In this document: positions 7,781-16,508 of the stretch, one piece after another
Numbering within the stretch: position 1 is the stretch's first letter
How the letters are laid out: each line of letters begins with the position of its first letter
Source of the DNA: an uncultured bacterium
GTDB taxonomy: Bacteria; Patescibacteriota; Minisyncoccia; Phycocordibacterales; UBA6065
NCBI GenBank assembly: GCA_966243015.1
Contig: CBIMES010000001.1
Coordinates: 298,076-362,075 of the forward strand
Length of the DNA: 64,000 nt
Direction of reading: 5' to 3'
Notes under the pieces: generated by a model
Told to the model about the DNA's origin: nothing
What the model saw: the letters and a program-made list of their open reading frames with translations, nothing else
The model's database searches: none
Made by a program: the position numbers and the translations under genes

Positions 7781-9226
7781 TTAAAAAACAGGAAAAAGTT
7801 CCACGTCCCTAATATCTCTCGCATTGAGAAGAAGCATGAGAAGTCGCTCAATCCCCATGCCGATACCTCGGCACGGCGGCAGTCCAAATTCCATGGCACG
7901 AATTATGCTTTCGTTAACATGTCCTTGTTCTGCCTTTCCGTATTTAGCCTGTTCCTCCATGCTGCGACGGATAATAACAGGGTCACGCTCCGGATTCACG
8001 ATGTCAGCAACGAGCATGCCGTTGATGACAAGCAGAGTCTCGTCAACGGTTGAGCCGTCGCCGTTCCCCTTGAAAAGGGGCGACTGAGCCGCGGGCAGCC
8101 CCCTCAAGAACGTGGGGGTCGTGATGCCCGACACGATGTGAGCATACAAAGAAGTCGATACGGTATACCTGTTTACCTTAGCGGGACGAGGTATACCGAT
8201 TGCATCAAGCAAGACAGCCAGCTCTTCGACCGGACGAGATTCGTCATATCGAAAACCTGTCAACCTTTCAATCTCCTCAGCATAATCGCACACAGTCCAA
8301 CTACCAGAACAGTCAATCACCCCATCCGCCACAGGCAAACTTGCCGAACCATACAGCTCACGAAGGATTTCACACAGCAGATCCTTTATAAGCCCCTCCA
8401 TCTCTTCCCGGCTCGCATATGCGCGATACAGTTCAAGAATAGTGAAGTGCGGCAAGGTGCTCGATGTCGCCCCTTGGTTTCTAAACGATTTTCCAATTTC
8501 AAAGACCCTTGATAAACCACCCACCATGAGCTTGCGGAGAAGAATCTCAGACGTAAGCCTGAGATACATGTCCCCGGTTTGATCAACGGAACGAGTGACA
8601 AACGGATCCGCAAGACCTGCCTCAAAACTATTTTGAAGTAGGCCCATATTGAGCTCCTCGTAACCACGAGCGTAGAGAAACTGTCTAAGCACCCTAAATA
8701 TCGTGGAGCACCTGCGAAAGTGCAGAACCATTTTCGGGTCCCGAATAAGCTGAAGATATCTATATTCGCTTACATTTGATTTCTTTCGAAAATCAATGTT
8801 TGAATCGTAAACATCACCCGTCGCCTTTGAAAGCAGACTTATTCGGTTGGCGAAAAAGATCGAGGTTCCAAGATATTTTTTCTTAACCCCGCACAACGCA
8901 ACCACATCTCCGTAATGAATCAGCGAATTAACAACATCGATATTGTCTTGATTTCGCACAAGGAAAGCGGCAACCGAGCAGCCGTTCCCCTCAAGCCTCT
9001 CCAAAACGATAGCATCAACACCATCAACCGCCTCAAACACACCCAGTCGTGATTTTTTTGTAAGCGGGTCAGAAAGCATAATTCTCCCCACTATAGTTAT
9101 TTCGCTTTCAAAAGGCGCCCGCTCAAAGTCGGAGGCCTCGATACAACCCATTGGCGCATCTTTTTGATACACAAACGGGTCCTTTTCTAAGGCACGAAGC
9201 CTCTTTCCATTGCTATTTTTAGCCAC
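7781..9226 (-). CDS. Lysyl-tRNA synthetase-like class II aaRS (divergent; last gene of the island operon)
   Basis: YLRLTSEILLRKLMVGGLSRVFEIGKSFRNQG (LysRS motif 2, compare [34 protein letters not shown]) and C-terminal GIGMGIERLLMLLLNARDIRDVELFP (motif 3). AAGGAG SD 6 nt upstream and a TTGACA -35-like hexamer. Low GC. Confidence 0.85.
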   Translation of the reverse strand: MAKNSNGKRLRALEKDPFVYQKDAPMGCIEASDFERAPFESEITIVGRIMLSDPLTKKSRLGVFEAVDGVDAIVLERLEGNGCSVAAFLVRNQDNIDVVNSLIHYGDVVALCGVKKKYLGTSIFFANRISLLSKATGDVYDSNIDFRKKSNVSEYRYLQLIRDPKMVLHFRRCSTIFRVLRQFLYARGYEELNMGLLQNSFEAGLADPFVTRSVDQTGDMYLRLTSEILLRKLMVGGLSRVFEIGKSFRNQGATSSTLPHFTILELYRAYASREEMEGLIKDLLCEILRELYGSASLPVADGVIDCSGSWTVCDYAEEIERLTGFRYDESRPVEELAVLLDAIGIPRPAKVNRYTVSTSLYAHIVSGITTPTFLRGLPAAQSPLFKGNGDGSTVDETLLVINGMLVADIVNPERDPVIIRRSMEEQAKYGKAEQGHVNESIIRAMEFGLPPCRGIGMGIERLLMLLLNARDIRDVELFPVF

Positions 9227-9299
9227 AATGACTCCTTTTCTTGTTTTTTATGTTAATGAACTAAGGTTTCCGTAACATTGATACAAAACAATAAAAGTG

Positions 9300-9842
9300 T
9301 CAATTACCCTTCTTGAAGATATCGTACTTAAAATCCTTGTGTGTCATTGACGGCCGAGGACCAATGCTGTTCTGATACTTCCCCTTGTAGAGAGAGATCT
9401 CGCCAAAAGGAACCCAGAAGCTTACCTGCGCGATAGACATTCCTGGATAGATACGAACAGGAAGGGTTGCGTAGAGTTGAAAGGTCGTAACCCCATGAGA
9501 TCCTATATCAATCAAATCAGCGGTAACGTGAACAAAGAGACCCATCCTAGCCGTGCCGGACTTTCCGTGTATCAACGGAACATAAAAATCGCTACCGATA
9601 CGCTCCCTGGAGTGCCCCAGAACAAAGTCACCTGCCTTAAGAACCAACCCATCTTCAGGTATTCGTATCTCTTCGTAAACTGCCTCGTGCTTAGGATCAA
9701 TGACACCCGGTCCATATCGGATGACAGTGTCGCCAAGCGACAAATCATAAGAATTGGTCGTGACCGACTCTTCATTAAACGGAACTATCTCTATCTTGTC
9801 ACCCCGAACTTCCTCGAGGATTTTTTTACCCGTAAGTATCAT
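9300..9842 (-). CDS. dCTP deaminase/dUTPase-family protein, paralog 2 (Gln at the position aligning with the catalytic Glu)
   Basis: GKSGTARMGLFVHVTADLIDIG...PGMSIAQVSF aligns with Dcd GRSSLARLGLMVHVTA...PGMLIGALSF. It has ..TTFQLY.. where the upstream paralog has ..TLEIV... The start ATG overlaps the upstream stop (ATGA). Confidence 0.8.
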   Translation of the reverse strand: MILTGKKILEEVRGDKIEIVPFNEESVTTNSYDLSLGDTVIRYGPGVIDPKHEAVYEEIRIPEDGLVLKAGDFVLGHSRERIGSDFYVPLIHGKSGTARMGLFVHVTADLIDIGSHGVTTFQLYATLPVRIYPGMSIAQVSFWVPFGEISLYKGKYQNSIGPRPSMTHKDFKYDIFKKGN

Positions 9843-10357
9843 GGGGCTTTTTGTTTAGCGGTTGGTACATATGACTCCTGGGGATGATTCAGACGACCGT
9901 ACACTCCCACGTAAGAATCAATAGGCCCGAAGTTTTTCCAGAATGAAACTTGGCCAATCACCATTCCAGGATAGACCCTTATTGGCAAGGCGGCCACAAT
10001 CTCAAGGGTCCACCTATGCATTGAGGTGGTGTGGCCAAGATTTGCAGAGACCTGCAAAAACAAGCCGTATCTGCCCATCGAGCTTCTACCAATAAGAGAC
10101 ATGGCGTATTCCGAGCTCCCGATAATCTCTTGAGTGTTCGCGAGATACATCCGGCCCGGCTCTAGTACATACCCCTCTTGGGGAATGGACAACTCTTTAA
10201 AGACGGACTTGCCACCATCGAAGAAAACAAACTCTTTCAAAGTGGGACCCAGGCGGTAATTGTAGCTATTGGGATTAATTTGTTCAGGCAAAAACGGCTC
10301 AATGACTATCCTTTTGCCAGCAATCTCTTCTTTTATTTTTGCCCCAGTCAGAATCAT
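9839..10357 (-). CDS. dcd: dCTP deaminase-family protein, paralog 1
   Basis: MILTGAKIKEEI..., GRSSMGRYGLFLQVSA, WTLEIV (catalytic Glu context), PGMVIGQVSF. Confidence 0.8.
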   Translation of the reverse strand: MILTGAKIKEEIAGKRIVIEPFLPEQINPNSYNYRLGPTLKEFVFFDGGKSVFKELSIPQEGYVLEPGRMYLANTQEIIGSSEYAMSLIGRSSMGRYGLFLQVSANLGHTTSMHRWTLEIVAALPIRVYPGMVIGQVSFWKNFGPIDSYVGVYGRLNHPQESYVPTAKQKAP

Positions 10358-10360
10358 AAC

Positions 10361-11182
10361 TTAGAATAGTTCCACGAAACGATTCGGATAGATGTCTTTC
10401 CTATACCTTAAGACAAGCGTACTGTATCTCTGATAAGGCCTCAATTCATTGGACATCTTTTTGATATCGTAGAGCCGGTTATAAATCGCCTTACGGACCC
10501 CGGCATCATGGATGCCGAGCATAATGCAAGCTCTGTCCGTCGTGCACTTACAATAATAATCGAGCTCTTCCTTTGTTTCTGGAATAAGATCGTTTCGATC
10601 CTCGAATATGATCTCAAGCTTATTGTAGAGTTTCATAATTTCCTTGTAGGACACGGACGTCGGCGTAATCCCAAAAACCTTTCTAGCTTTTTTAATTAAG
10701 GTGGCCGGGATTGTCTTGGTTACGTAGAAAGGTGAGGCGAGTATATAACCACCGTCATCAAGCATACCAATACACTTTTCAAGCATCTTTGATGGATCAG
10801 GGAAAAAGCCGAGCGAGGCTCCCACGACGATATGACTGAAAGGCTCATTCGTCGAAAATTCATACCCATTCGCAACTCTGTATGAAAATTTTACACCAGG
10901 AGCGTATTGATCCTTATTGTAATTTGCCATTTTTACAGAATTTTCCGACAGATCGAAACCCTCCCCGCTGCAACCAGACATAATAGCAAGTTCCCGAGAG
11001 GAAAAACCCGTTGTACACGCAACCTCAAGAAGTCGTGAGGTTTTTTTCAACCCCGAAAACTGAGCCCACTTAGAAAGTGTGACGTATGATCCCGGCAAAA
11101 CATTCCACTGATTAATCAATCCGACAAAATCAGTGTAGGAGAGATTTTTTACATAGTCTGAGGTAATCGTGTTATTTTTCAT
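10361..11182 (-). CDS. Class I SAM-dependent methyltransferase
   Basis: Motif I LEVACTTGF and an acidic motif II. 273 aa. AGGAA upstream. Confidence 0.8.
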   Translation of the reverse strand: MKNNTITSDYVKNLSYTDFVGLINQWNVLPGSYVTLSKWAQFSGLKKTSRLLEVACTTGFSSRELAIMSGCSGEGFDLSENSVKMANYNKDQYAPGVKFSYRVANGYEFSTNEPFSHIVVGASLGFFPDPSKMLEKCIGMLDDGGYILASPFYVTKTIPATLIKKARKVFGITPTSVSYKEIMKLYNKLEIIFEDRNDLIPETKEELDYYCKCTTDRACIMLGIHDAGVRKAIYNRLYDIKKMSNELRPYQRYSTLVLRYRKDIYPNRFVELF

Positions 11183-11194
11183 GTTTCCTTTACC

Positions 11195-12400
11195 CTAAAA
11201 TTCGTATACAGGCGGTATTGAGCTTATAAAATTCTGCGCCAAAGAATAAGTTAAGGCACCTTGATTCGGCACCACAATAACATCCCCCTCCCTCAGTCGA
11301 TCAGCATAGCAGAGATAGCCCCAAATATCCCAAGTGGTACAAAGGTTGCCCCACACGCGACAGCTAATCTCACTTTTTGCCGGCATCGATATATTTACCA
11401 ACGGAAAATACTCGTGCTCGAAGCGCTGCCAACCAACCATGTTAACGCCTGCGTCCAGGATAATATTTGACTCATCCTTTTTATCAGCAACGCGAGCGAC
11501 TATAAGCATAGAGTTGTTGCATATAAAACGACCAGGTTCCGCACGATATTGGGCGTCGATTAAGGGCTCAAGATCCTTCTTTATTGCATCGCCTATCTTT
11601 TGAGCGTACTCAGCGATCTCCAGACTTTCCCTAACTCGATAAGAACCCTCAACGCCCTTTACATCGCCAGAAGAATAATAACCCTCCGATCGAGAAACCT
11701 CGAATCCGCCACCAAAATCAACGTACTTGATAGAACGAAGGTCCTCGACACTAAAATTCAGCTTAATAAAAAGCCCTATTTTTGAAATAGCGTCCTCATA
11801 AGAGGATGCATCCTTGTTTCTTGAGGTGTGAAAATGAATGCCTTCAAGCTCAATAAACGGATGTCGTTTTGCCGCATCCCAAAACTCGCCAAGCCTCTCA
11901 AGGGGGATGCCGTATTTTTTCCAATCGCCGAAAAGATCCACGTGAACCCTAACTCCCGCCTTTATCTTTAAACCCGAGGCCGACGTCAATGATCCAAGCG
12001 TCTCCAGTTCACTAAAACTATCCATGTTAACAGTCACCATATCAGAATACTTGAGTGCATGCGCAAGATCCGCTCTTGTCTTGCCTGGACTGAAATACAT
12101 AATATCCTTACAGCCCGCCGCAACAGCGAGGTCTATTTCTCGGACACTACCGACATCGAGACCCATACCCCGCTCAACAACACGAGCAATCACTTTGGGA
12201 TGATGATTGAGTTTAAGCGCATAATAAGCCCTAAAAGAGGCAACCTCCTTGTTGAAAGCATCTAAAAAAGAGCTTATGGAAGCATCGAGGGCCTTCATAT
12301 CAAGAGCATAGAAAGGCGTTCCGTGCTTCTCAACAAGCTCAAGCAACGAATCTCGCTTCTCGAGCACATCTTCTACGATATGATACAGTCCGGTACTCAT
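11195..12400 (-). CDS. Fold-III PLP-dependent decarboxylase (Orn/DAP/Arg decarboxylase family; LysA-like or MccE-N-like)
   Basis: YALKLN (PLP-lysine motif), DFGGGF, EPGR. The start overlaps the upstream stop by ATGA. Confidence 0.85.
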   Translation of the reverse strand: MSTGLYHIVEDVLEKRDSLLELVEKHGTPFYALDMKALDASISSFLDAFNKEVASFRAYYALKLNHHPKVIARVVERGMGLDVGSVREIDLAVAAGCKDIMYFSPGKTRADLAHALKYSDMVTVNMDSFSELETLGSLTSASGLKIKAGVRVHVDLFGDWKKYGIPLERLGEFWDAAKRHPFIELEGIHFHTSRNKDASSYEDAISKIGLFIKLNFSVEDLRSIKYVDFGGGFEVSRSEGYYSSGDVKGVEGSYRVRESLEIAEYAQKIGDAIKKDLEPLIDAQYRAEPGRFICNNSMLIVARVADKKDESNIILDAGVNMVGWQRFEHEYFPLVNISMPAKSEISCRVWGNLCTTWDIWGYLCYADRLREGDVIVVPNQGALTYSLAQNFISSIPPVYEF

Positions 12401-13416
12401 ATAACGGATTTCTCAAATACGATCGACGCCTCTTCGGTATCGATAGCGACCGTGCCGCCGTTCGGTATGGTAATAAGCGGATCCGAGTGTCCAAAATCAG
12501 CGTTGTACATAACAGGAAAAGTGGAAGAGCCGAGATTCTCCCCGAGAATCTCTTCGAACGAGTCGTCTCGAGAGAAGCCAGACTGTTCCGTAAACCTACC
12601 GAAGACAAGACCCGATATGGCCTCAAACCACCCCAGCTGCTTACACTGGCAAAGGAATCTATCGACGTGGGCAGGGGTGCTTGTCTCGTCCTCTTCCAGA
12701 AAAAGAATCTTACCTTTCAAATCGGGCATATATTCCGTCCCCTGAAGCAGAAGCAGGGTTTGAAGATTTCCAACGAGAACCTCTCCCGCTGCGCTTCCGG
12801 CCCTGAAGACCTTAACGCCCTCATTGGCCTTTTTAATCCTGTGGTCATTGTCTTCCCTGAGAAAGTATAAATCGTCAGCGTATTCCCCCGATGACTCAAT
12901 GGCAACCCTCTCTTTTGGAGAGACGCACATTTCTTCAAAGTACTTCCAGGTGTACCCAAAAGGCTCAGGCTTGGCGAAAGATATGACTCCGGGACCAGAG
13001 AAAGTAACGAGCCCGGTCTTGGTTGTGATAGCGGTAGTGAGGGCAGTTACATCAGAATAGCCGATAAATACCTTCGGATGCTTGCTAATTAGACCATAAT
13101 CAAGGCGATCGAGAATCTGATTGGTATTGAAACCTCCCCAGAAAGCCATAATGCATCCCACGTCTTCCCTTTCGAGGAACCTGTGTATGTCCTGAACCCG
13201 AAGATCAACAGACCCTGCAACATGCTTGTTGGTAAGGTTTTTAACAGACTCACCCTCAGCGATAACGAAACCTCTTTCTTCGAGATACTTGTAACCTCGC
13301 TGAATAGTCTCTTCTGGGCAGACGCCCGCAACCGGATCAGCAGGTGCAATAATTCCAATGGTCATGCCCTTTTTGAGCCTTGGCGGGAGTACTTTTCCTG
13401 ATTGATTTGACGACAT
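12397..13416 (-). CDS. S66 family LD-carboxypeptidase (LdcA/MccF-like serine peptidase)
   Basis: IGIIAPADPV N-terminus, nucleophile context FIGYSDVTAL, length 339 aa. First gene of the operon. Confidence 0.85.
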   Translation of the reverse strand: MSSNQSGKVLPPRLKKGMTIGIIAPADPVAGVCPEETIQRGYKYLEERGFVIAEGESVKNLTNKHVAGSVDLRVQDIHRFLEREDVGCIMAFWGGFNTNQILDRLDYGLISKHPKVFIGYSDVTALTTAITTKTGLVTFSGPGVISFAKPEPFGYTWKYFEEMCVSPKERVAIESSGEYADDLYFLREDNDHRIKKANEGVKVFRAGSAAGEVLVGNLQTLLLLQGTEYMPDLKGKILFLEEDETSTPAHVDRFLCQCKQLGWFEAISGLVFGRFTEQSGFSRDDSFEEILGENLGSSTFPVMYNADFGHSDPLITIPNGGTVAIDTEEASIVFEKSVI

Positions 13417-13794
13417 GAATTAAGGATAACCATAATTAACCAAAACCACAATAATAGCCGTCTCGAAACAAAAAAAACGGAACGATGTCCCGTCTCGCAA
13501 GCTCAATCTTGACCCATTTCCCCGTAGTCATGCCCGATCCCGTGCTAGAAAGAGCTCACGGTTCGATCATCATTGCCCAAACAGGTGTAGTCCACAGTCC
13601 CAGAAAGAGAATCAACTCCCCGCTTTTGATACCGCCCGCAGGCAATGATTACGAGAAGGAAGGCAATTTCAGCGGGTGCGATAATGCACAATAAATACAT
13701 TGTACTCATCGGTTGAAGGTGCGTTTTGTTTTCAAAAAGAATAACAAATAGACGTTCAAGAAGTTATAAAGATCTAATAAAAAAACTCTTGGCC

Positions 13795-15456
13795 CTATTT
13801 AACCTCCGGCACCTCCACAATGAAGGCGCTTCCCTTGCCCTCTCCCTCTGACTCGGCCCAGAGCCTGCCGCCGTGCGCGGTGACGACCTCCTTGGCGATG
13901 AAGAGACCGAGGCCGGTTCCGTGGATGTTGGCCTCGCTCGCGTTCTTGGCGCGCGAGAATTTGCGGAAGAGCTTTGGCATGACCTCAGGCGCGATACCCA
14001 CCCCGGTGTCCACGACCTTGAAGCGGATCATGTGACGAGCGGTGTCCTTCTCGAGAGAGATTGATATCGAGCCCTTGAGCGTGTACTTAACCGAATTGTC
14101 GACGACATTCATGAGAACCTGCTTGAACTTGTCGAGGTCGGCCTTGATTGGATACGGCTGCGCCTGATCGATCGAGACGTTGAACGCGAGGCCCTTCGCC
14201 TCAATGTTTGGCTTCTGCTCGGCGACGACCTCAGCAACGAGGCCCTTGAGATCTATCTCCTTGAGGTCGTACCGCATGGTTCCGAGCTCTATGCGGGTTA
14301 TGTTGAGATAATCCTCAACAACGCTTGAGAGCGTGTTGACCGACGTAAGTATGGTCTGCACAATCTTCCTCATGCCATCGGAGACGGGCCCCGCATCGCC
14401 TTCGAGAATAATTGAGGTGTATCCCCTTATAGACGTAAGAGGGCTCCTGATTTGATGCGTGGCAAAGGAAAGGAACTCTGTTTTCTGTGTATCGAGCTCC
14501 TTGAGGCGGGCGTTTGCCTTTTCAAGCTGATCTTTTTGCGCCTCAATAAGCTGCCTCGCCTCGACTTCTTTTTTCACGCTTCTAACAAGAATTGTTCCGA
14601 GAATCGCGGTAAGAATGAGCGTAAGTACCGTTACGATACGGATATTCTCTATCCTCCTTATGAAAAGAATTGCGAATATGAGGAACAGAAGGGTTCCCAC
14701 GAGTACCTGTGCACTGAACAGCCTGACATCAAAAGCTTTAAACCTAACAATCATGTACGAGAGGAAAGCGATAAAAAGCGCCATGCCGAGGGGCCCGACG
14801 AGATTGAACTCGTAGATGAGAGTCGCGTCGCCAACGACATTCGTAGTCACAAAGGTTCCCAGGAGAATGAGGGTCCCCAGTATAAGCGAGAGTACTTTTT
14901 TCTTCTCTGGTGATGATTCGGACTTTCTGCGCTTCGAAACGCAGAGGAGAATCGCAAAGAGGGCCAACACCACCTGCAGGATATACACATAGACCCAAAG
15001 AGGACCGTTGTAGCTCTGGCACTCCACCAGGTCAAAATAGGTCATGTTCAGAGTCGTTGGCAAAAGCACCAGGATCGGCAGGAGCGAGACGAAGCCGAGA
15101 AGCCTTAGGGAGAACGGAGGGATCCTGTCGTGAAGGAAGACGTAGACAAAGTGGACAACAGACAGGACGAGGCCAACCTGGAGCAGGGCGGAAACTTGCC
15201 AGCCAAAATGAACAAACCACGCGTCGACGGCAACCCACTGCAGAAGCTCGTTAATAATCCAAAGCGAGAACGAGGCAGCGATGGCGAGAAGTGACCTTGT
15301 CTGCAACGACCTGTTCTTAATAAAGAGGAATATGGAGAAGAAAAGAGAGAGAAATACTATCGGTATGTAGGAATAGTAGAGAAGCGTCGGGGCAATCGAT
15401 GTATCGATGATGCCGAAAAGGTTGGGGGCAGCGTCTAGACACAGAAACGGGTCCAT
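13795..15456 (-). CDS. Membrane sensor histidine kinase (multi-TM sensor + HisKA + HATPase_c), orphan
   Basis: About eight N-terminal TM helices. H-box FLSFATHQIRSPLTSI, N box, G boxes (VVDTGVGI, GTGLGLFIAKE). No response regulator adjacent. Confidence 0.85.
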   Translation of the reverse strand: MDPFLCLDAAPNLFGIIDTSIAPTLLYYSYIPIVFLSLFFSIFLFIKNRSLQTRSLLAIAASFSLWIINELLQWVAVDAWFVHFGWQVSALLQVGLVLSVVHFVYVFLHDRIPPFSLRLLGFVSLLPILVLLPTTLNMTYFDLVECQSYNGPLWVYVYILQVVLALFAILLCVSKRRKSESSPEKKKVLSLILGTLILLGTFVTTNVVGDATLIYEFNLVGPLGMALFIAFLSYMIVRFKAFDVRLFSAQVLVGTLLFLIFAILFIRRIENIRIVTVLTLILTAILGTILVRSVKKEVEARQLIEAQKDQLEKANARLKELDTQKTEFLSFATHQIRSPLTSIRGYTSIILEGDAGPVSDGMRKIVQTILTSVNTLSSVVEDYLNITRIELGTMRYDLKEIDLKGLVAEVVAEQKPNIEAKGLAFNVSIDQAQPYPIKADLDKFKQVLMNVVDNSVKYTLKGSISISLEKDTARHMIRFKVVDTGVGIAPEVMPKLFRKFSRAKNASEANIHGTGLGLFIAKEVVTAHGGRLWAESEGEGKGSAFIVEVPEVK

Positions 15457-15458
15457 GA

Positions 15459-15490
15459 GCTACAGTATATTAAGATACCCGACAAGGAGC
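15459..15490 (-). promoter_or_regulatory. Candidate sigma70-type promoter for the histidine kinase (TTGCTC-17-TATACT on the minus strand), leaderless or near-leaderless
   Basis: On the minus-strand reading: TTGCTCcttgtcgggtatcttaaTATACTgtagctcATG. Confidence 0.25.
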
Positions 15491-15508
15491 AAGGCATCTG
15501 AATAAAAA

Positions 15509-15536
15509 AGCCGCGTGCCCTAGGGGTACGCGGCTT
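15509..15536 (-). terminator. Terminator hairpin for the DMT transporter gene
   Basis: agccgcgt gcccctagggg t acgcggct, preceded by aataaaaa on plus (T-run on minus). Confidence 0.45.
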
Positions 15537-15543
15537 GAACTAA

Positions 15544-16455
15544 TTACGTGGTTATACTGAGAATCGAACCTCCGACGACCACAAGGACGATGCCCGCCAG
15601 CTTCTTCCAGAAGGCAGACCCCTGATCTTCCGAGATCAGATGGGGTAGGAACTTCGTGAGAAGCGCCGCACCCACAAGAACGAAGAGGGGCTGACTGCAG
15701 GCGAGGCCCTGGACTATCGCCACGGGAGCGAAGAGCTTTGCCCGGTCGAACAAGAAATCCGCGACGATCGCGAGGACTTCCGACAGCGACTGGAGGCCAA
15801 GCTTTGTCCGAAGGCCGATGACGAAACCCTGACGGGTCTTCGGTCCGGCGAGGAGGACGAGCCCCCAGAACGCCTTTCCGCCGACATCAAAGGCAATCGC
15901 CGGGACGGTGTCGAGCTCGCGACCAAACTTTGCGAACACGACGTCGTTGACGGCCAGGAGAAGCGAGGCAACGAGCATTAGGACGATCGCCTGACCCTTC
16001 GCCCTGCCGCTCGACTTGAGCACCCAGCCACCGACAGCCAGAACCACAATCGCCGCCACGTGATACCACTCCAGACTTTCGCCGATGAAGGCGAATGCCA
16101 GAATGATGCCAAATGCCGGTATGGTCTGAAACCAAGGATCGACTCGGGATGCCTCGTCGATGCTCAACGCCTTAAGGAACAGAATCATGGCGACGACATA
16201 CGTGACGCCGTTCGCCATGAGAGGGAGCGCGACTGACAGCTCCACTAACTGACCCTTGAAGAGCATAAGCGGACCGAGGATCACGATGCCGAAGACGAGG
16301 TTGAAGAATCCAGAGATCGCCATAAGCGCCGCCGGCTTCGAGTCCTCGCCATCGCCCTTAACCAGTATCTTGTCTGTGAGAATCGCCGCTGCCCAGAGCA
16401 TCGGCGGGATGAGATTCAGGAAGAATTCCACATGGACCTTTCTGTTTCTTCGCAT
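15544..16455 (-). CDS. DMT superfamily (EamA-like) transporter
   Basis: 303 aa, about 10 TM segments, two-repeat EamA-like topology. Confidence 0.7.
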   Translation of the reverse strand: MRRNRKVHVEFFLNLIPPMLWAAAILTDKILVKGDGEDSKPAALMAISGFFNLVFGIVILGPLMLFKGQLVELSVALPLMANGVTYVVAMILFLKALSIDEASRVDPWFQTIPAFGIILAFAFIGESLEWYHVAAIVVLAVGGWVLKSSGRAKGQAIVLMLVASLLLAVNDVVFAKFGRELDTVPAIAFDVGGKAFWGLVLLAGPKTRQGFVIGLRTKLGLQSLSEVLAIVADFLFDRAKLFAPVAIVQGLACSQPLFVLVGAALLTKFLPHLISEDQGSAFWKKLAGIVLVVVGGSILSITT

Positions 16456-16508
16456 CTCGCCCCGGTGTTACCCGAGTACGAACGAGATGCACGTCGATGC
16501 TTTTGGAT

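Noticed and set aside
13417-13794. Possible tRNA, small RNA or 69-aa ORF (13485..13694) in the AT-rich spacer at the island's right edge
   Set aside because: No cloverleaf could be folded by eye and the ORF has no coding-like bias. Treated as the promoter/UTR region of the ldcA-like operon.
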